A stretch of DNA of 63,525 bases, filler included, from Phoronis australis (GCA_002633005.1; 7 parts of 7 records of this genome joined end to end with filler, not necessarily neighbours in it), one strand, 5' to 3'. Shown: positions 40,087 through 51,503, counted from the whole stretch's first letter. Notes: generated from the sequence alone by a model not told the origin. Numbers and translations are program-made.

Positions 40087-40535
40087 GTACCCATGGAGGT
40101 GAGAGATGAGGAGACACCCCAAAAACCAAAAAAATCTTCAAAAGGGGGTCCAGTAGTCTTCCAAACACCGTAAGGCTGGTCCGGAGACTTTTCCTGCTCC
40201 TCCACAACAAAGCGACGTCATTTCTTGCCCTCTTTGTGGTTTCCACGTTCCTGGAGACCACAGTGGTAAGTGCGAGGCACACAACATACATTTAGATTGT
40301 ATTTTAATACTGTGGCGTCTCTATGTTGTGATGTCCTTTTCGTTAAACGATGTTGGTCTTGGCCTGGTGCGACACCTGACGCCAGAAGTGCCCAGCAGAG
40401 GTCACCCTGTCATCACGTGACCTGTCACCTCTCAAGACCACGTGACAAGATCGTCTGGGACTTCTGGAGTTCGCTGCCGTCTTGTGCGGACATTATGACC
40501 ACGCGAGTACACTCTAGACTTTACTCTGACACTAT
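40087..40535 (+). pseudogene. Continuation of the element A accessory ORF after the B insertion
   Basis: QQSDVISCPLCGFHVP (~40205-40252) is homologous to QPTDQYQCPLCPFTVP in element C. Confidence 0.6.
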
Positions 40536-40779
40536 TGTTGTAATCGGCAACATCATTGGCCCTTTGTTTTTCCTGTGGCGTCCTATGATTGGTCTGTTTT
40601 TATGTGTTCCCCGTATGTCCCTTATATAAGTCGTTGGCGCCACTGTCGGATGGGTTTTTTTCACGAAGAACCAGCAAGTCGTCCATGTTTGTACAGCTTG
40701 ACGTCAACTAGGACAGACTTAACCATCTTCAAATGTAAGTACTCTTGTGCCGAACTAGCGAACCTGTAGGAATACAACA
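40536..40779 (+). repeat. 5' LTR of element C (244 bp)
   Basis: TGTTGTA...TACAACA termini, homology to the A LTR, no upstream PPT, followed by a PBS. Confidence 0.95.
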
Positions 40780-40781
40780 TT

Positions 40782-40795
40782 TGGCGTAGTCGGCA
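40782..40795 (+). promoter_or_regulatory. Primer-binding site, tRNA-Ser
   Basis: TGGCGTAGTCGGCA. Confidence 0.9.
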
Positions 40796-41170
40796 CTAGT
40801 TAGGGTTATCATAAGAGTATTTGACCGACTAGTTCAGACGGCTTTTAACTGTCCAGGGCTTTTTCTATGATCCGGGGGGAAAGTTGGAGAATTTAGTCGG
40901 TGCCGTGCTAACAGGTGGTTAGTACCGTGGCAAACGGGTTCTTGGTCTTTAGGTATAGGTTGTTTTAGGTTGTTTGGGCCTTATTTTGGGGTTTTTGAGG
41001 TTTATTTTTGGGTCTTTGGTATTTTGGGGTTTAGTTGCCGGTTCGAAGTGGGTGTGGTTCCCTTTTGACTTGAGTCACGTGGTAGGCAGTGTTTTGGTTA
41101 CAAACGCCAATTCATTCCCTTACTTTTAGCCCTTCTATAACGTATATATATTGGCCTTTGATAGCCAACC

Positions 41171-42155
41171 ATGTCAGTAGGTTTCACAATTCCCATTAAC
41201 TACTGCCATGAGTCGGACTTGTTAGATTTGCCGGGAGTTGACGAGGAAATCGTCCTGCAAATAGTTGACTTCCGGGAGAGGTATCCTATCGATCGTCACA
41301 ATATTTACCAGATATCTGATGATTGGGGAGTGACCAGCTTGGTGACTGACCGGGTGGATTATTCCTTAACCCCCAGTTCAGGTTCTCGAAACTATGATTT
41401 GCCAGCGGGGTTAGCTCAAGTGGCTGACGCTTGCGACAGGCTGAATAGATCCCCTAGTCCTCATTTGGGTAGAACCTCTAGGTACCGAGGGGGCTCCCGA
41501 TACCAGGTCGATGAGGGTAGGCGCGACAGTGGCATAAGTCCCGGCGTTTATACTCCTTCTAGTAGGCGAAGAGGGTATTCGGGAAATGTAGGAGGTAGGA
41601 GTAACAGTGGTCTGGATCCCGACGCTTTTATTTCTCCTGTTAGCCCAAGGGAGTACTGGGGAAATAGAGAGGGAAGGCGCGACAGAGGCGGAAGTCCCGG
41701 CGCAAGAAATGCCAGGGGGTATAAAGTGGACTCGCATGCTCCTAATAATTTAGTTTTCAAGGGCTTGCGAAATACCTGGAAAGATTTCCACTGGAAGTTT
41801 AGCCGTTTTGCTAGGGAAAACTTCTGGTCTGGTGATAAATGTTTAGCAGAGCTAAGTCTTTGCTGTGAAGGGGATGCACTCCGCTTTCTTTGTAATTTTA
41901 CAGAAAGTTGGCCAGAGGCATTGTATGACGAAGTAGTGGAAACAATGAGAAAACGTTTTGGTGTTGCTTCAGGGGTGCCAGGAGTAGACCAACTACAATT
42001 TCACTCTGTGTCCCAAAAACAAGCCGAGTCCTTACATCAATGAGCTGACAGGCTGAATCATCTGTATTTTTCGGCCTTTCCAAACCCCTCAGATGGTGAC
42101 CGCCATCTGGCCATACTCAGGTTTTGTTTGGGGTTAAGTGATCAGGATATAGGCA
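41171..42155 (+). pseudogene. gag: Element C gag with N-terminal helix-hairpin-helix, Arg/Gly/Ser-rich linker and capsid-like region; C-terminus deleted
   Basis: IPINYCHESDLLDLPGVDEEIVLQIVDFRERY; VFKG..TWKDF.WKF...W...CEGDAL. Homology to the B gag continues past the TGA at 42041 (ADRL...AFP...AILRFCLGLSD). Confidence 0.9.
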
Positions 42156-43634
42156 AGCAGAGGGAGGACACAAATCTGACTTTCCTATTTGACTGGTAAT
42201 ATAATGGTGTTGAACTTTCACAATTCCGCTTATTTATCGCCAGCGCTACGGCCAAAAACTATTGGCTCAATAGGGAGCGGTTTGTTGTGTCAAATAATTT
42301 ATTATATTGGAAGGCTCCAGATAAGGAGGATACTCTAAAATTAGTAGTGCCCGAGTCCTGCAAGTCAGATATTATAAAGCATTGTCATGACTTACCCTCC
42401 GCGGGTCACCAGGGAATTGACCGTACCAAAGCGAAGTTGAAAGATAAGTAGTTTTGGCGTGGTATGGCCGCGAGTATAAAATCTTATATTGAAACATGTG
42501 CTGGCTGTAATTTAAATAAGCAAGGTAGAGGCCGCTATGGTAAGTTTCCCTTAACTACATTCCATGCAGGGGTGCCCATGGAACGCGTCCATTTAGATTT
42601 CCTGGGTCCGCTCCCTGTATCCGATCAGGGCAATGAATATATCCTCATGATGGTAGACCAGTTCACCAAGTGGGTGGAATGTGTAGCCCTCCCGTCGCAG
42701 ACGGCAGAGGTCACGGCGAACGCTGCAGTGGGCCAGTTCTTTAGTAGATTTGGGTTCCCATTGCAGGTGTTTACCGATCAGGGACGAAATTTTGAAAGTC
42801 ACTTGTTCCGTCATATTTGTTCCCTTTTAAAAATCAAAAAAACAAGAACGACTGCGTATAGGCCCTCTTCTAATGGACAATGTGAGCGATTCAATCGTAC
42901 CCTTATGGATGCAATACGGTGTTATGTCAGTAGTTTCCAGACTGATTGGGATATGTATTTACTCCAAATTGATGGTGCTATCCGGTCTTGTGTTAATCGT
43001 CATACTGGCTTTACAGCTAATAAAATGATGCTGGGTCGGGAAATAATTCAGCCAGTAGACCTCATGTATCCACCGCCCTTACAGGATGCTGAGGACCCAA
43101 TAGGTTATGTGAACCGGCTCAGTAAAGCGATTACTCAAACTCACGAGATAGCTAGAGGAACATTGCAGACTACCCAAGCTGTTATGAAACGCGATTATGA
43201 TGTGTCTATGGTCAAACGTTCATATAGTATTGGAGATTTAGTCTATGTCCTTGATTCAGCTAGCGTTAAGGGGAAGTGTAAAAAACTATTACCCCCTTGG
43301 AAAGGGCCGGCCATTGTTCTCGAGGTCATTACTCCCTATCTATTTCGAATTAGGCATGAGAATTTTGTGTCGGTAGTCAATCATGACCGTCTGAAACTCT
43401 GTAAGGATAGGTTTCAAGACCTACCTATCTGGCTTAAGAGAATGATCCAGGTAAATTCCACAGTGAACCGAGATAGTCTAGCAGAAGACATACTGTTTTT
43501 GTAGGAGACCTGATCATGGCGGGTTCATGATTGCTTGTGACGTATGTGATGAGTGGTATCATGGGGAATGTGTAAGCATTACCACTGATGACGCACTGCA
43601 CATTGACTGGTACATCTGTCCTAGTTGTGAATGA
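42156..43634 (+). pseudogene. pol: Element C integrase (HHCC, DDE, GPY/F) with C-terminal PHD finger
   Basis: CHDLPSAGH...CAGC; HLDFLGP, FTDQG, QCERFN; PPWKGP. After a +1 shift at ~43490: YCFCRRPDHGGFMIACDVCDEWYHGECV...YICPSCE* (43491-43634). In-frame stops at ~42197 and ~42449. Confidence 0.93.
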
Positions 43635-43656
43635 CATTTGCTTTGCAATACTTCAG

Positions 43657-45665
43657 ATGTTTCGATGTACAGATGTGAGGTTGAAGACGAATCCGGACTT
43701 ACCTTGCATTACCGACATTCCAAGTGAGCGGGAGGACTCTACGCAGCCCCCGCCTCAACCAAGGGAGGAAGATCAATCCCCGGTGCAAGAGGTGTCCGTT
43801 ATAGCAGCAAATACGGGGGAATCAGACATCGACGAGTCTGTCTTAGACGACGACCCGGTCGTAATGGTCTCACCCCCACGGCCTATTAGTGTAAATGTGC
43901 CCCTGTCAACCCCCGCAGATTTTCTTACCAGTCCTTCGTCCCCTATGATGGTAGATTCTGCGGTAGTGTCAACAGGTTCCGCAACTACGCCGCTGGCTTC
44001 GCTTGGTGAGTCTATTTGGGCCCTTCCCGAATACTCCCACGGAGTGCAGATGGCAGAAGCCTTGTTACAACCCACTGATCAATATCAGTGTCCCCTGTGC
44101 CCCTTTACCGTTCCTCTCGGTGAAGATGAACTGTTGTGCAAACATATTTTCGCATGTCATCTGCCACCCTTGTTTTCAACTAACCAGGCTGACGTGGTTG
44201 CCAGCCCTCAGCTTCATCGAGAGAGATACGACTCTTTGGCCTATCTTTTTTCATTGTTGGAGGGACGTAGCATGAAAGACTCGTTAGATCTTGTAGACAG
44301 GTGTAACCTGGTATGCCGAGGCTTGAGCCAGCTGCCACGGGTACTCCCCCTGGATCAAATGGCGATGTCCGTAATGTCTACCACATTTGGCTGGGACAGA
44401 GTGCCGAGTTTCACGTTAGACTCAACTCGCCAGCCGCCTGCTTCCACTGGTATGTGATCACTCTTCTGCTCCAAAAATTACCAGAGAGTGACCGTGCCCG
44501 ATGGTTTGTAAGTGCACATAATGTGAGGCTCCCTCAGTCCTTCTTGGACTCCTTGTCCGGAGAGGTCGGACCAACGTCCTTTATAACCCCAAGGCCTCAG
44601 ACCTCTACTTCAGCCCCTTCACCCCCTAAAAGACCACGGACTTATGCCCAGGTTGCTTCCTGTCCTGAGGCTCAGTCTGCACCGCTCCCTCCTGTACCAT
44701 CGGCGCCGGCAACTACCTCCTCGGCGAAACGATCCGCTAAACTGCCATCTTTGTATGGTCCCCAGTCGACCGCTAATCCGCAGCCTGCTGCATCCGCCCC
44801 AAAGCCAGAGGCAGTCGATTCGCATTTCCAACTAGATCGACTGACCTTCGCGTGCCAACGGTTTTCCCCCGAATTGGCCGGCCGACTACTTACCATCCCC
44901 GAGATCACGAATATGACGGCCATGCTCCCGTGCCCCTCAAAAAATCCAGTCCATTTAACAGGGGGCATAGCGGTATTTTGTGATCCGATTCACTATAAGC
45001 TTGTGGAGAAATCCACGGAGGCGTTCCCTTCGGGTTGGAAGGCTGCCATAGGCATCCATCCGAAAAACGCCATGTCGTACAATCCGGCCATGGAGAAGGA
45101 GATTTTCAGGCTCCTCCGGTTGCCCAACGTTGTTGCACTAGGTGAGTTGGGATTAGAAGAAGGCCACGGTAGCGGTGAAGTACAGCAGCGAGTAGTCGTG
45201 TCGCTGGTGCGCGGTCTTGCCCGCTTCCAGACGGTTCACGGCACTCGTGTGCTTGTATTGCACCTTCGCGCCTGGGAGTCCACTTCACCCTTTCACTCTG
45301 GTCATCAGTACATGAGACGGTTGCTGAGTGACGTTCTGCCCAGAGCCCAACCAATCCACCTCCATTGTTTTTCCAGTAATCCCCAGGAGGTGTGATCATG
45401 GATGAAGGCTTTCCCAAATGACTATTTCGGCTTTGCTGCCACTGCTCGCCACTTTTCCTCTCCCCAAGCTAAAGCTTTGGCAGCCGTACCCCTTAATCGG
45501 CTTCTTTTAGAGACCGATTCCCCCCATTTAGCGACGTCCTCTCGACCTATGGCCCCATATTTCATTGGGGAAGTGGCCTGGAAAATAGCACGCCTGCGTC
45601 ACTGTAATGCTGACTATTTATTGGAGCACTCGGCCAAGAACGCACGTGTTTTATACCGATTGTAA
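43657..45665 (+). pseudogene. tatD: Retrotransposon accessory ORF: acidic/Pro-rich N-terminus, CxxC..H..H motif, C-terminal TatD-family nuclease (44811-45665)
   Basis: TatD motifs in order: VDSHFQL, AIGIHP, VVALGELGLE, LVLHLR, HLHCFS, YFGF, VPLNRLLLETDSPHL. One frameshift (~44420) and one in-frame TGA (45393). Lies between pol and the PPT/3' LTR. Confidence 0.9.
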
Positions 45666-45745
45666 GTCCGGAGAGGGTCTCTAGTGAGTATTTCTACCAC
45701 TAGGTGTCTGCTCTCCCATCCAGGGGGGTGGGTGGTTCCCCATAN

Positions 45746-46043
45746 CTCGCCACTTTTCCTCTCCCCAAGCTAAAGCTTTGGCAGCCGTACCCCTTAATCG
45801 GCTTCTTTTAGAGACCGATTCCCCCCATTTAGCGACGTCCTCTCGACCTATGGCCCCATATTTCATTGGGGAAGTGGCCTGGAAAATAGCACGCCTGCGT
45901 CACTGTAATGCTGACTATTTATTGGAGCACTCGGCCAAGAACGCACGTGTTTTATACCGATTGTAAGTCCGGAGAGGGTCTCTAGTGAGTATTTCTACCA
46001 CTAGGTGTCTGCTCTCCCATCCAGGGGGGTGGGTGGTTCCCCA
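45746..46043 (+). other. Apparently identical duplicate of 45446-45743 across a single N (probable assembly overlap artefact)
   Basis: ~300-bp copy separated by one N at 45745; no mismatches noticed. Confidence 0.75.
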
Positions 46044-46291
46044 TAAGGGTGACTATTTATTATTTATTTCATGTGTTCAAGGGTGCTGGCTCTTTGAACT
46101 TCTATATTATTTGATGATACTTCTGTTCTTAACCCATGTGTATTATGCTCTCATTCTAGGGGAACTGTCCTTGTGCTACCAACACGCTGAATTTTCTTCT
46201 TTTTTGGAGGGGGGAGGAGGATCAAAAATTTTCGGGCATTTTTTGATAAATTGGCAATGATGTTGTTTCCCGGGTGGGTCCCACGATTTTT

Positions 46292-46305
46292 AGGGAGGAG
46301 GGGAA
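46292..46305 (+). promoter_or_regulatory. Polypurine tract
   Basis: AGGGAGGAGGGGAA abuts the LTR start. Confidence 0.9.
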
Positions 46306-46541
46306 TGTTGTAATCGGCAACATCATTGGCCCTTTGTTTTTCCTGTGGCGTCTTGTGATTGGTCTGTTTTTGTGTGTTCCCCATATGTATGCTATATAAG
46401 TCGTTGGCGCCACTGCCGGACGGGTTTTTTTCAAGAACCGGCATATACAAGTCTATGGTTGCTCCGCTTGGCGTCAACTGACTGACTGGCTGATATCTTC
46501 ATAAAAGTAAGTACTCTTGTGCCTAACTAGTGAACCTGTAG
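46306..46541 (+). repeat. 3' LTR (A-type), missing the last ~10 bp
   Basis: Near-identical to 33354-33599; ends at GAACCTGTAG without GAATACAACA. Confidence 0.93.
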
Positions 46542-48315
46542 TAGCGAGGACAGCATTCTTCAGCGAATCGCTTCGCGTATCTGTCACCGTGTTAAATTCG
46601 CTCACTACAATCGGCANNNNNNNNNNNNNNNNNNNNNNNNNNNNNNNNNNNNNNNNNNNNTTAATTAATTAANNNNNNNNNNNNNNNNNNNNNNNNNNNN
46701 NNNNNNNNNNNNNNNNTGACAAAAATCTCAGCTCGCATTTCCAAATTTCAGGTCGCAAATGCGACCTGCAGCTCGTTATGTCGAGCCCTGATGATGCAAT
46801 TAGTAAACCTATACATTTGCATATTCATATGTACTAACTTGTATAATGTTATCAAATATATGCCAAAGTATCAGGTTGTTGCCGTCAATAGCTGATATGG
46901 CATGTCATATACCTTCAATATTGTTCAATATTGTTATCTGGAGTGACAAAAATGAAAAAGCCATGGTCACCACGTTAGAAATGTAGCCAGACTGCGGAAT
47001 TTTTCTCTGATTTTCCTTAATAACAATTTTCCATAAAAACACTTCACAGTCAGTTACCACCTAGTTTTCACAATGGCCATCAAAGTATTTATTGATTTGT
47101 AGATTTCTCCGGGGCTGTAATCACTTTATACAGGAATACTCAAGGGATTTTATACTCTTTTTGTCTTCAGATCTCCATGACATCACATTCTTGACTTCCT
47201 GATGTTTTACAACTGATATGATACAGCGTATTGAAAGTCTAAACCTATTAGAACTGGTGATTTATTCCATTACTTAAAGCTTCGGCTAGGTTGACGTGGG
47301 TAACGAAAATATGAATTTTTTTCCCAAACACTTGCGCTTTAATTAGTAGCCAAAGGAGTGACACTTGTGCTGAGGTGTTGTTGGTGGTATGAGTTACCCC
47401 AGGACTGCTGGTGTTTTCTTAGCACTTCTGTTTGTAGCCAATACTTTTATTTTCAGGGACATGCATGCCCTTTGTGGAGGTTGTTACAAGATCACTGCAG
47501 TAATACCGTAATCGTTCGGGTTAACGCCCTGGGTGGTTAAATTGGCGAGTCCAAAAAATCGGGGGAGGGCGGTTAACCGAGCAGTGGGCGGTTAAATCGA
47601 AAATCCACCTAAAGTAGGGGATGGGCGGTTAACCGAACATGGGCGCTTATTACGACAGACAACCGCCCTGGGCGGTTAATCTTACCTGGCGATCTAAATC
47701 CCGACACGGCAATCATACTCGGAACGCGTAGCCCTTTTCAAAGAGCTTTATCGTCACGTCGCCAAATGACTGTGAAAACGTCATAACAGCGGATGATCCC
47801 AACAAAGGTTCTCTTGCCCTCAGAGTAGTCATTTACAATTAATTTTACAAAATTGCTGAGTAATAGCCGTCCTGCGGTGCGCAGACGACCAGTCACCACT
47901 AGAATTAAAACTGTTTCAAGATGTTAATCTGCTTAAGTGCGCGCGTGCAAGCTTCACGTGTTTCAGAGGTCAGACATCAAATTTATGGTTACAGTCTCGT
48001 GCTATATGTAGCTGTCAAGTTCTGAGTCAGACAGCAGTTTTAAAATTGGTTGTAATAAAAGTTTGAAAAACTTAACTCTGCTGTTTTTTTGTGTTGGGGA
48101 TGTTATAGTCGACACTCCATGACTCAATGACATTTTCGGCGTATGGTTCTGTGGCTAGCTGTCTTATGTCGACAGCCCGGCATTGCTCTTTTGCCGTTGC
48201 GCCAAACATGCTATGCAAAGAAGTAAGACAAGGATCGGGGGTGGTCGAGCCAGCCGTCGATCAAGAATAAAATTGCAAGCAACTGCATAAATATGTTACA
48301 AAATGTCAGAAAACA

Positions 48316-48715
48316 GCAATGTTTCAATTCATAATTCTAAACGATCACCTTACCAAACTTCGTGGTGGAAAAACATTTATTTTTCATGCAAGATGTCCAG
48401 ATTATCCTATTTATATCACTTGTAATATCGCACTGCGGTACTGTTCGGTCCCGCTGTTATTGCGCAATGTCTCGGTCGGCTGACAATCATGACTTGGAAA
48501 TTCCGTCAAGTAATAACAATGTTTCAATTCATAATTCTAAACGATCACCTTACCAAACTTCGTGGTGGAAAAACATTTATTTTTCATGCAAGGTGTCCAG
48601 ATTATCCTATTTATATCACTTGTAATATCGCACTGCGGTACTGTTCGGTCCCGCTGTTATCGCGCAATGTCTCAATCGGCTGACAATCGTGACTTGGAAA
48701 TGCCGTCAAGTAATA
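48316..48715. repeat. 200-bp tandem duplication
   Basis: Two near-identical units; ORFs 48362 and 48562 are offset by 200. Confidence 0.95.
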
Positions 48716-49467
48716 TAACAGCCTCTTTCAATGTGCATCTCGTTTTTCAAGGCCAAAGATAGTGGCGGTATTCAGCACGCACGTAGGCCTACGTGTGAGT
48801 CACCTGTCAATCACATGTTGGTGTCAAGCTAACATGCACTCCAAAGTGTGGGAACTTGCGCACGTGCACCACTACAAATCAGTCACACATAGCGACAGTC
48901 CGACGAAGTAACAAAAACGGGCGTGACTATGTACTTTTAAGCTGTTGTTACGAAAGACCCAGTTCTTTACGATATTCCTCCGTTGCCAATGTTCCCCAAA
49001 ACTGCCATGTCAAGTCTATTCCCATATTTCCCGGCACGATGCTCCCTAAGCCCATTCCTGTAACTAGCTGCGTGAATCTCCTACCCACTATCGTCAAGCA
49101 GTCTACGTCGTAGATATTTCAGACTCGAATGGTAAGAATTTTTGTTCAGGCTGAAAATGGCCAATGTATAAACAAAATTATTCTCGATGGCTAAAAAGTG
49201 GATGTGGAAACGATAATTCACACAGTCACACTTGCGTGGGGGCTGACGCAAGAAATAGTAAAGAACAGCCAGCGACATTAGTTAAATCTGCTAACCAGTT
49301 TGACTGAGATGCAATAAGCGAAAAACAAAATTTGACTAGCCGTTTTTTATTACTTCAAGATCATACACAAACATACATTATTGCCAACGTTTGAATTCAG
49401 AAATCGACAGGCAGCAACGAAATCGGTAACCCAGTAAGGCACTTGTACTGTCCCTTCGGTCGCCCCA

Positions 49468-49752
49468 CATCCTCTATAACCCAGCAGTTATATTCATCGA
49501 AATATTGAAAATTTGATATCTTTCCGTGAGTTGTGAGATTTGTTCAAAACACGAGAGCTTCCCACCAGGCCTTCATGCAGCATACGTCCTGGGCGTCCAT
49601 TTGGACGCCCTAGCACTAATATAGACGCCCTGGCAAGGACGCCCAATGTATCATTTGGAACATCCTCTATAACCCGGCAGTTATATTCATCAAAATATTG
49701 AGAATCTTTCTGTGAGTTGTGAGATTTGTTCAAAACACGAGAGCTTCCCACC
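49468..49752. repeat. ~90-bp direct repeats flanking a short palindromic core
   Basis: CATCCTCTATAACCC...GAGAGCTTCCCACC at 49468-49566 and 49661-49752; the core contains GGGCGTCCA/TGGACGCCC. Confidence 0.85.
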
Positions 49753-50244
49753 TTAATAGAATTTGGAGGGTTGGCAAAACCATTGTCACATTTCTCTGGC
49801 CTGATTTTTTCGAATATGTGTTTTATCTAGTGCACTGCAGACGGAAACGCAGCGTGGCAGACAAAGTCGGTGAAAGCGGAGGTTTTGATGCCGGTGGCGT
49901 TCTTAAACTTTGCAAACAAGGGAAGAAAATAAAGTGACAAAAAGGTTCAAGTATTATATTTTGAAGTGAGTTCATGACCCAAGACAATAACTCGTTACCT
50001 GTATTGTAATTCAGATTGCTAAACCACTGTCTTGGAGTCCCGGCGTCGTTGCACTCATTGTGATCATCGATCTTTTTCTAAAAGTCGGGGAATCGCGCGT
50101 TTCCTTAGCACTAGGCGCTAAATCTTCATTCTTTAAAAGTCGGGGATGGGCGCTTAACCGAGAGGTGGTCGCTTAACTAGAAATCTTCAAAAATTGCAGA
50201 GGGGCGCTTAACCAAGCAGTGGGCGGTTAAATCGAAAATCCACT

Positions 50245-51503
50245 TTTATGATCGACATATGTCCCGGATAATAGATAAATGATACATGCGTCGCAAGCTC
50301 GTTACCAGAGATGAAAGGAGACTGATGTAGGCGATAATAAGGTCATTTATTATGACTAGTACAATTACAATAAAATTAATACAGGTAAATAAGTATAATA
50401 GGTAATCTCTGGTAAGATGGGCAATAAAAAGCGAGCGCCGGCCACGTGGAAGTACGAGAGAACGACGAAAACTGGGAGGAAGAGGGTGGGAAAATTGAAT
50501 GAGTTTTTGACATACGACAATGTGGCCGGAACAAAGTGAATTGAAAGCGAGGTTACAATAACAAAGTAAAATGCCCCTAAAGACACGTGACAATCATCAG
50601 CCTATAACAGCCAAGAGCTGACCAAACTCGAGGCACGTGATAACAACAGACCAATGCGAAGGCTGGAAAAATGTCATGTAGTCCTGCACGAGGGAATAAT
50701 GGAATAGACCAAGATGAAGGGGAAAAGGAGTAAGGCGAGTCCATATGCTCACATAAATATATTTAACGAGTGAAATACCATTTATGATCGACATATGTCC
50801 CGGATAATAGATAAATGATACGTGCATCGCAAGCTCGTTACCAGAGATGAAAGGAGACTGATGTAGGCGATAATAAGGTCATTTATTATGACTAGTACAA
50901 TTACAATAAAATGAATACAGGTAAATAAGTATAATAGGTAATCTCTGGTAAGATGGGCAATAAAAAGCGCCGGCCACGTGGAAGTACGAGAGAATGACGA
51001 AAACTGGGAGGAAGAGGGTGAGAAAATTGAATGAGTTTTTGACGTACGACAATGTGGCCGGAACAAAGTGAATTGAAAGCGAGGTTACAATAACAAAGAA
51101 AAACGCCCCTAAAGACACGTGACAATCATCAGCCTATAAGAGCCAAGAGCTGACCAAACTCTAGGCACGTGATAACAACAGACCAATGCGAAGGCTGGGA
51201 AAAACGTCGTGTAGTCCTGCACAAGGGAATAATGGAATAGACCAAGATGAGGGGGGAAAAGGAGTAAGGCGAGTCCATATGCTCACATAAATATATTTAA
51301 CGAGTGAAATACCATTTATGATCGACATATGTCCCGGATAATAGATAAACGATACGTGCGTCGCAAGCTCGTTACCAGAGATGAAAGGAGACTGATGTAG
51401 GCGATATTAGGTCATTTATTATGACTAGTACAATTACAATAAAATGAATACAGGTAAATAAGTATAATAGGTAATCTCTGGTAAGATGGGCAATAAAAAG
51501 CGC
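50245..51503. repeat. ~536-bp tandem repeat, 2.35 copies; possibly split terminal repeats of a DIRS/Ngaro-like element
   Basis: TTTATGATCGACATATGTCCC at 50245, 50781 and 51316. Confidence 0.9.

Larger units (their letters stand above)
33354..46541 (+). mobile_element. Nested/chimeric cluster of three Ty3/Gypsy LTR retrotransposons (A, B, C)
   Basis: Four near-complete LTRs plus one LTR stub, three PBS and two LTR-adjacent PPTs. gag/PR/RT/IN remnants are all on the + strand in Gypsy order (IN after RT). Confidence 0.93.
47503..50244. mobile_element. Probable non-autonomous DNA transposon with a TA-CCGTA terminus and GGGCG(G/C)TTAA subterminal repeats; right end lost
   Basis: TACCGTAATCGTTCGGGTTAACGCCC at the left end. 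Clusters of GGGCGGTTAACCGA-type repeats at 47510-47680 and 50140-50244, including a shared AGCAGTGGGCGGTTAAATCGAAAATCCAC. Confidence 0.45.

Noticed and set aside
44811-45665. TatD as a host gene or bacterial contaminant
   Set aside because: It is embedded between integrase and the PPT/LTR, fused to an element-specific N-terminus shared with element A, and decayed like the rest of the element.
45746-46043. Second TatD C-terminal copy as a real gene duplication
   Set aside because: Apparently identical sequence across a single-N join; most likely an assembly artefact
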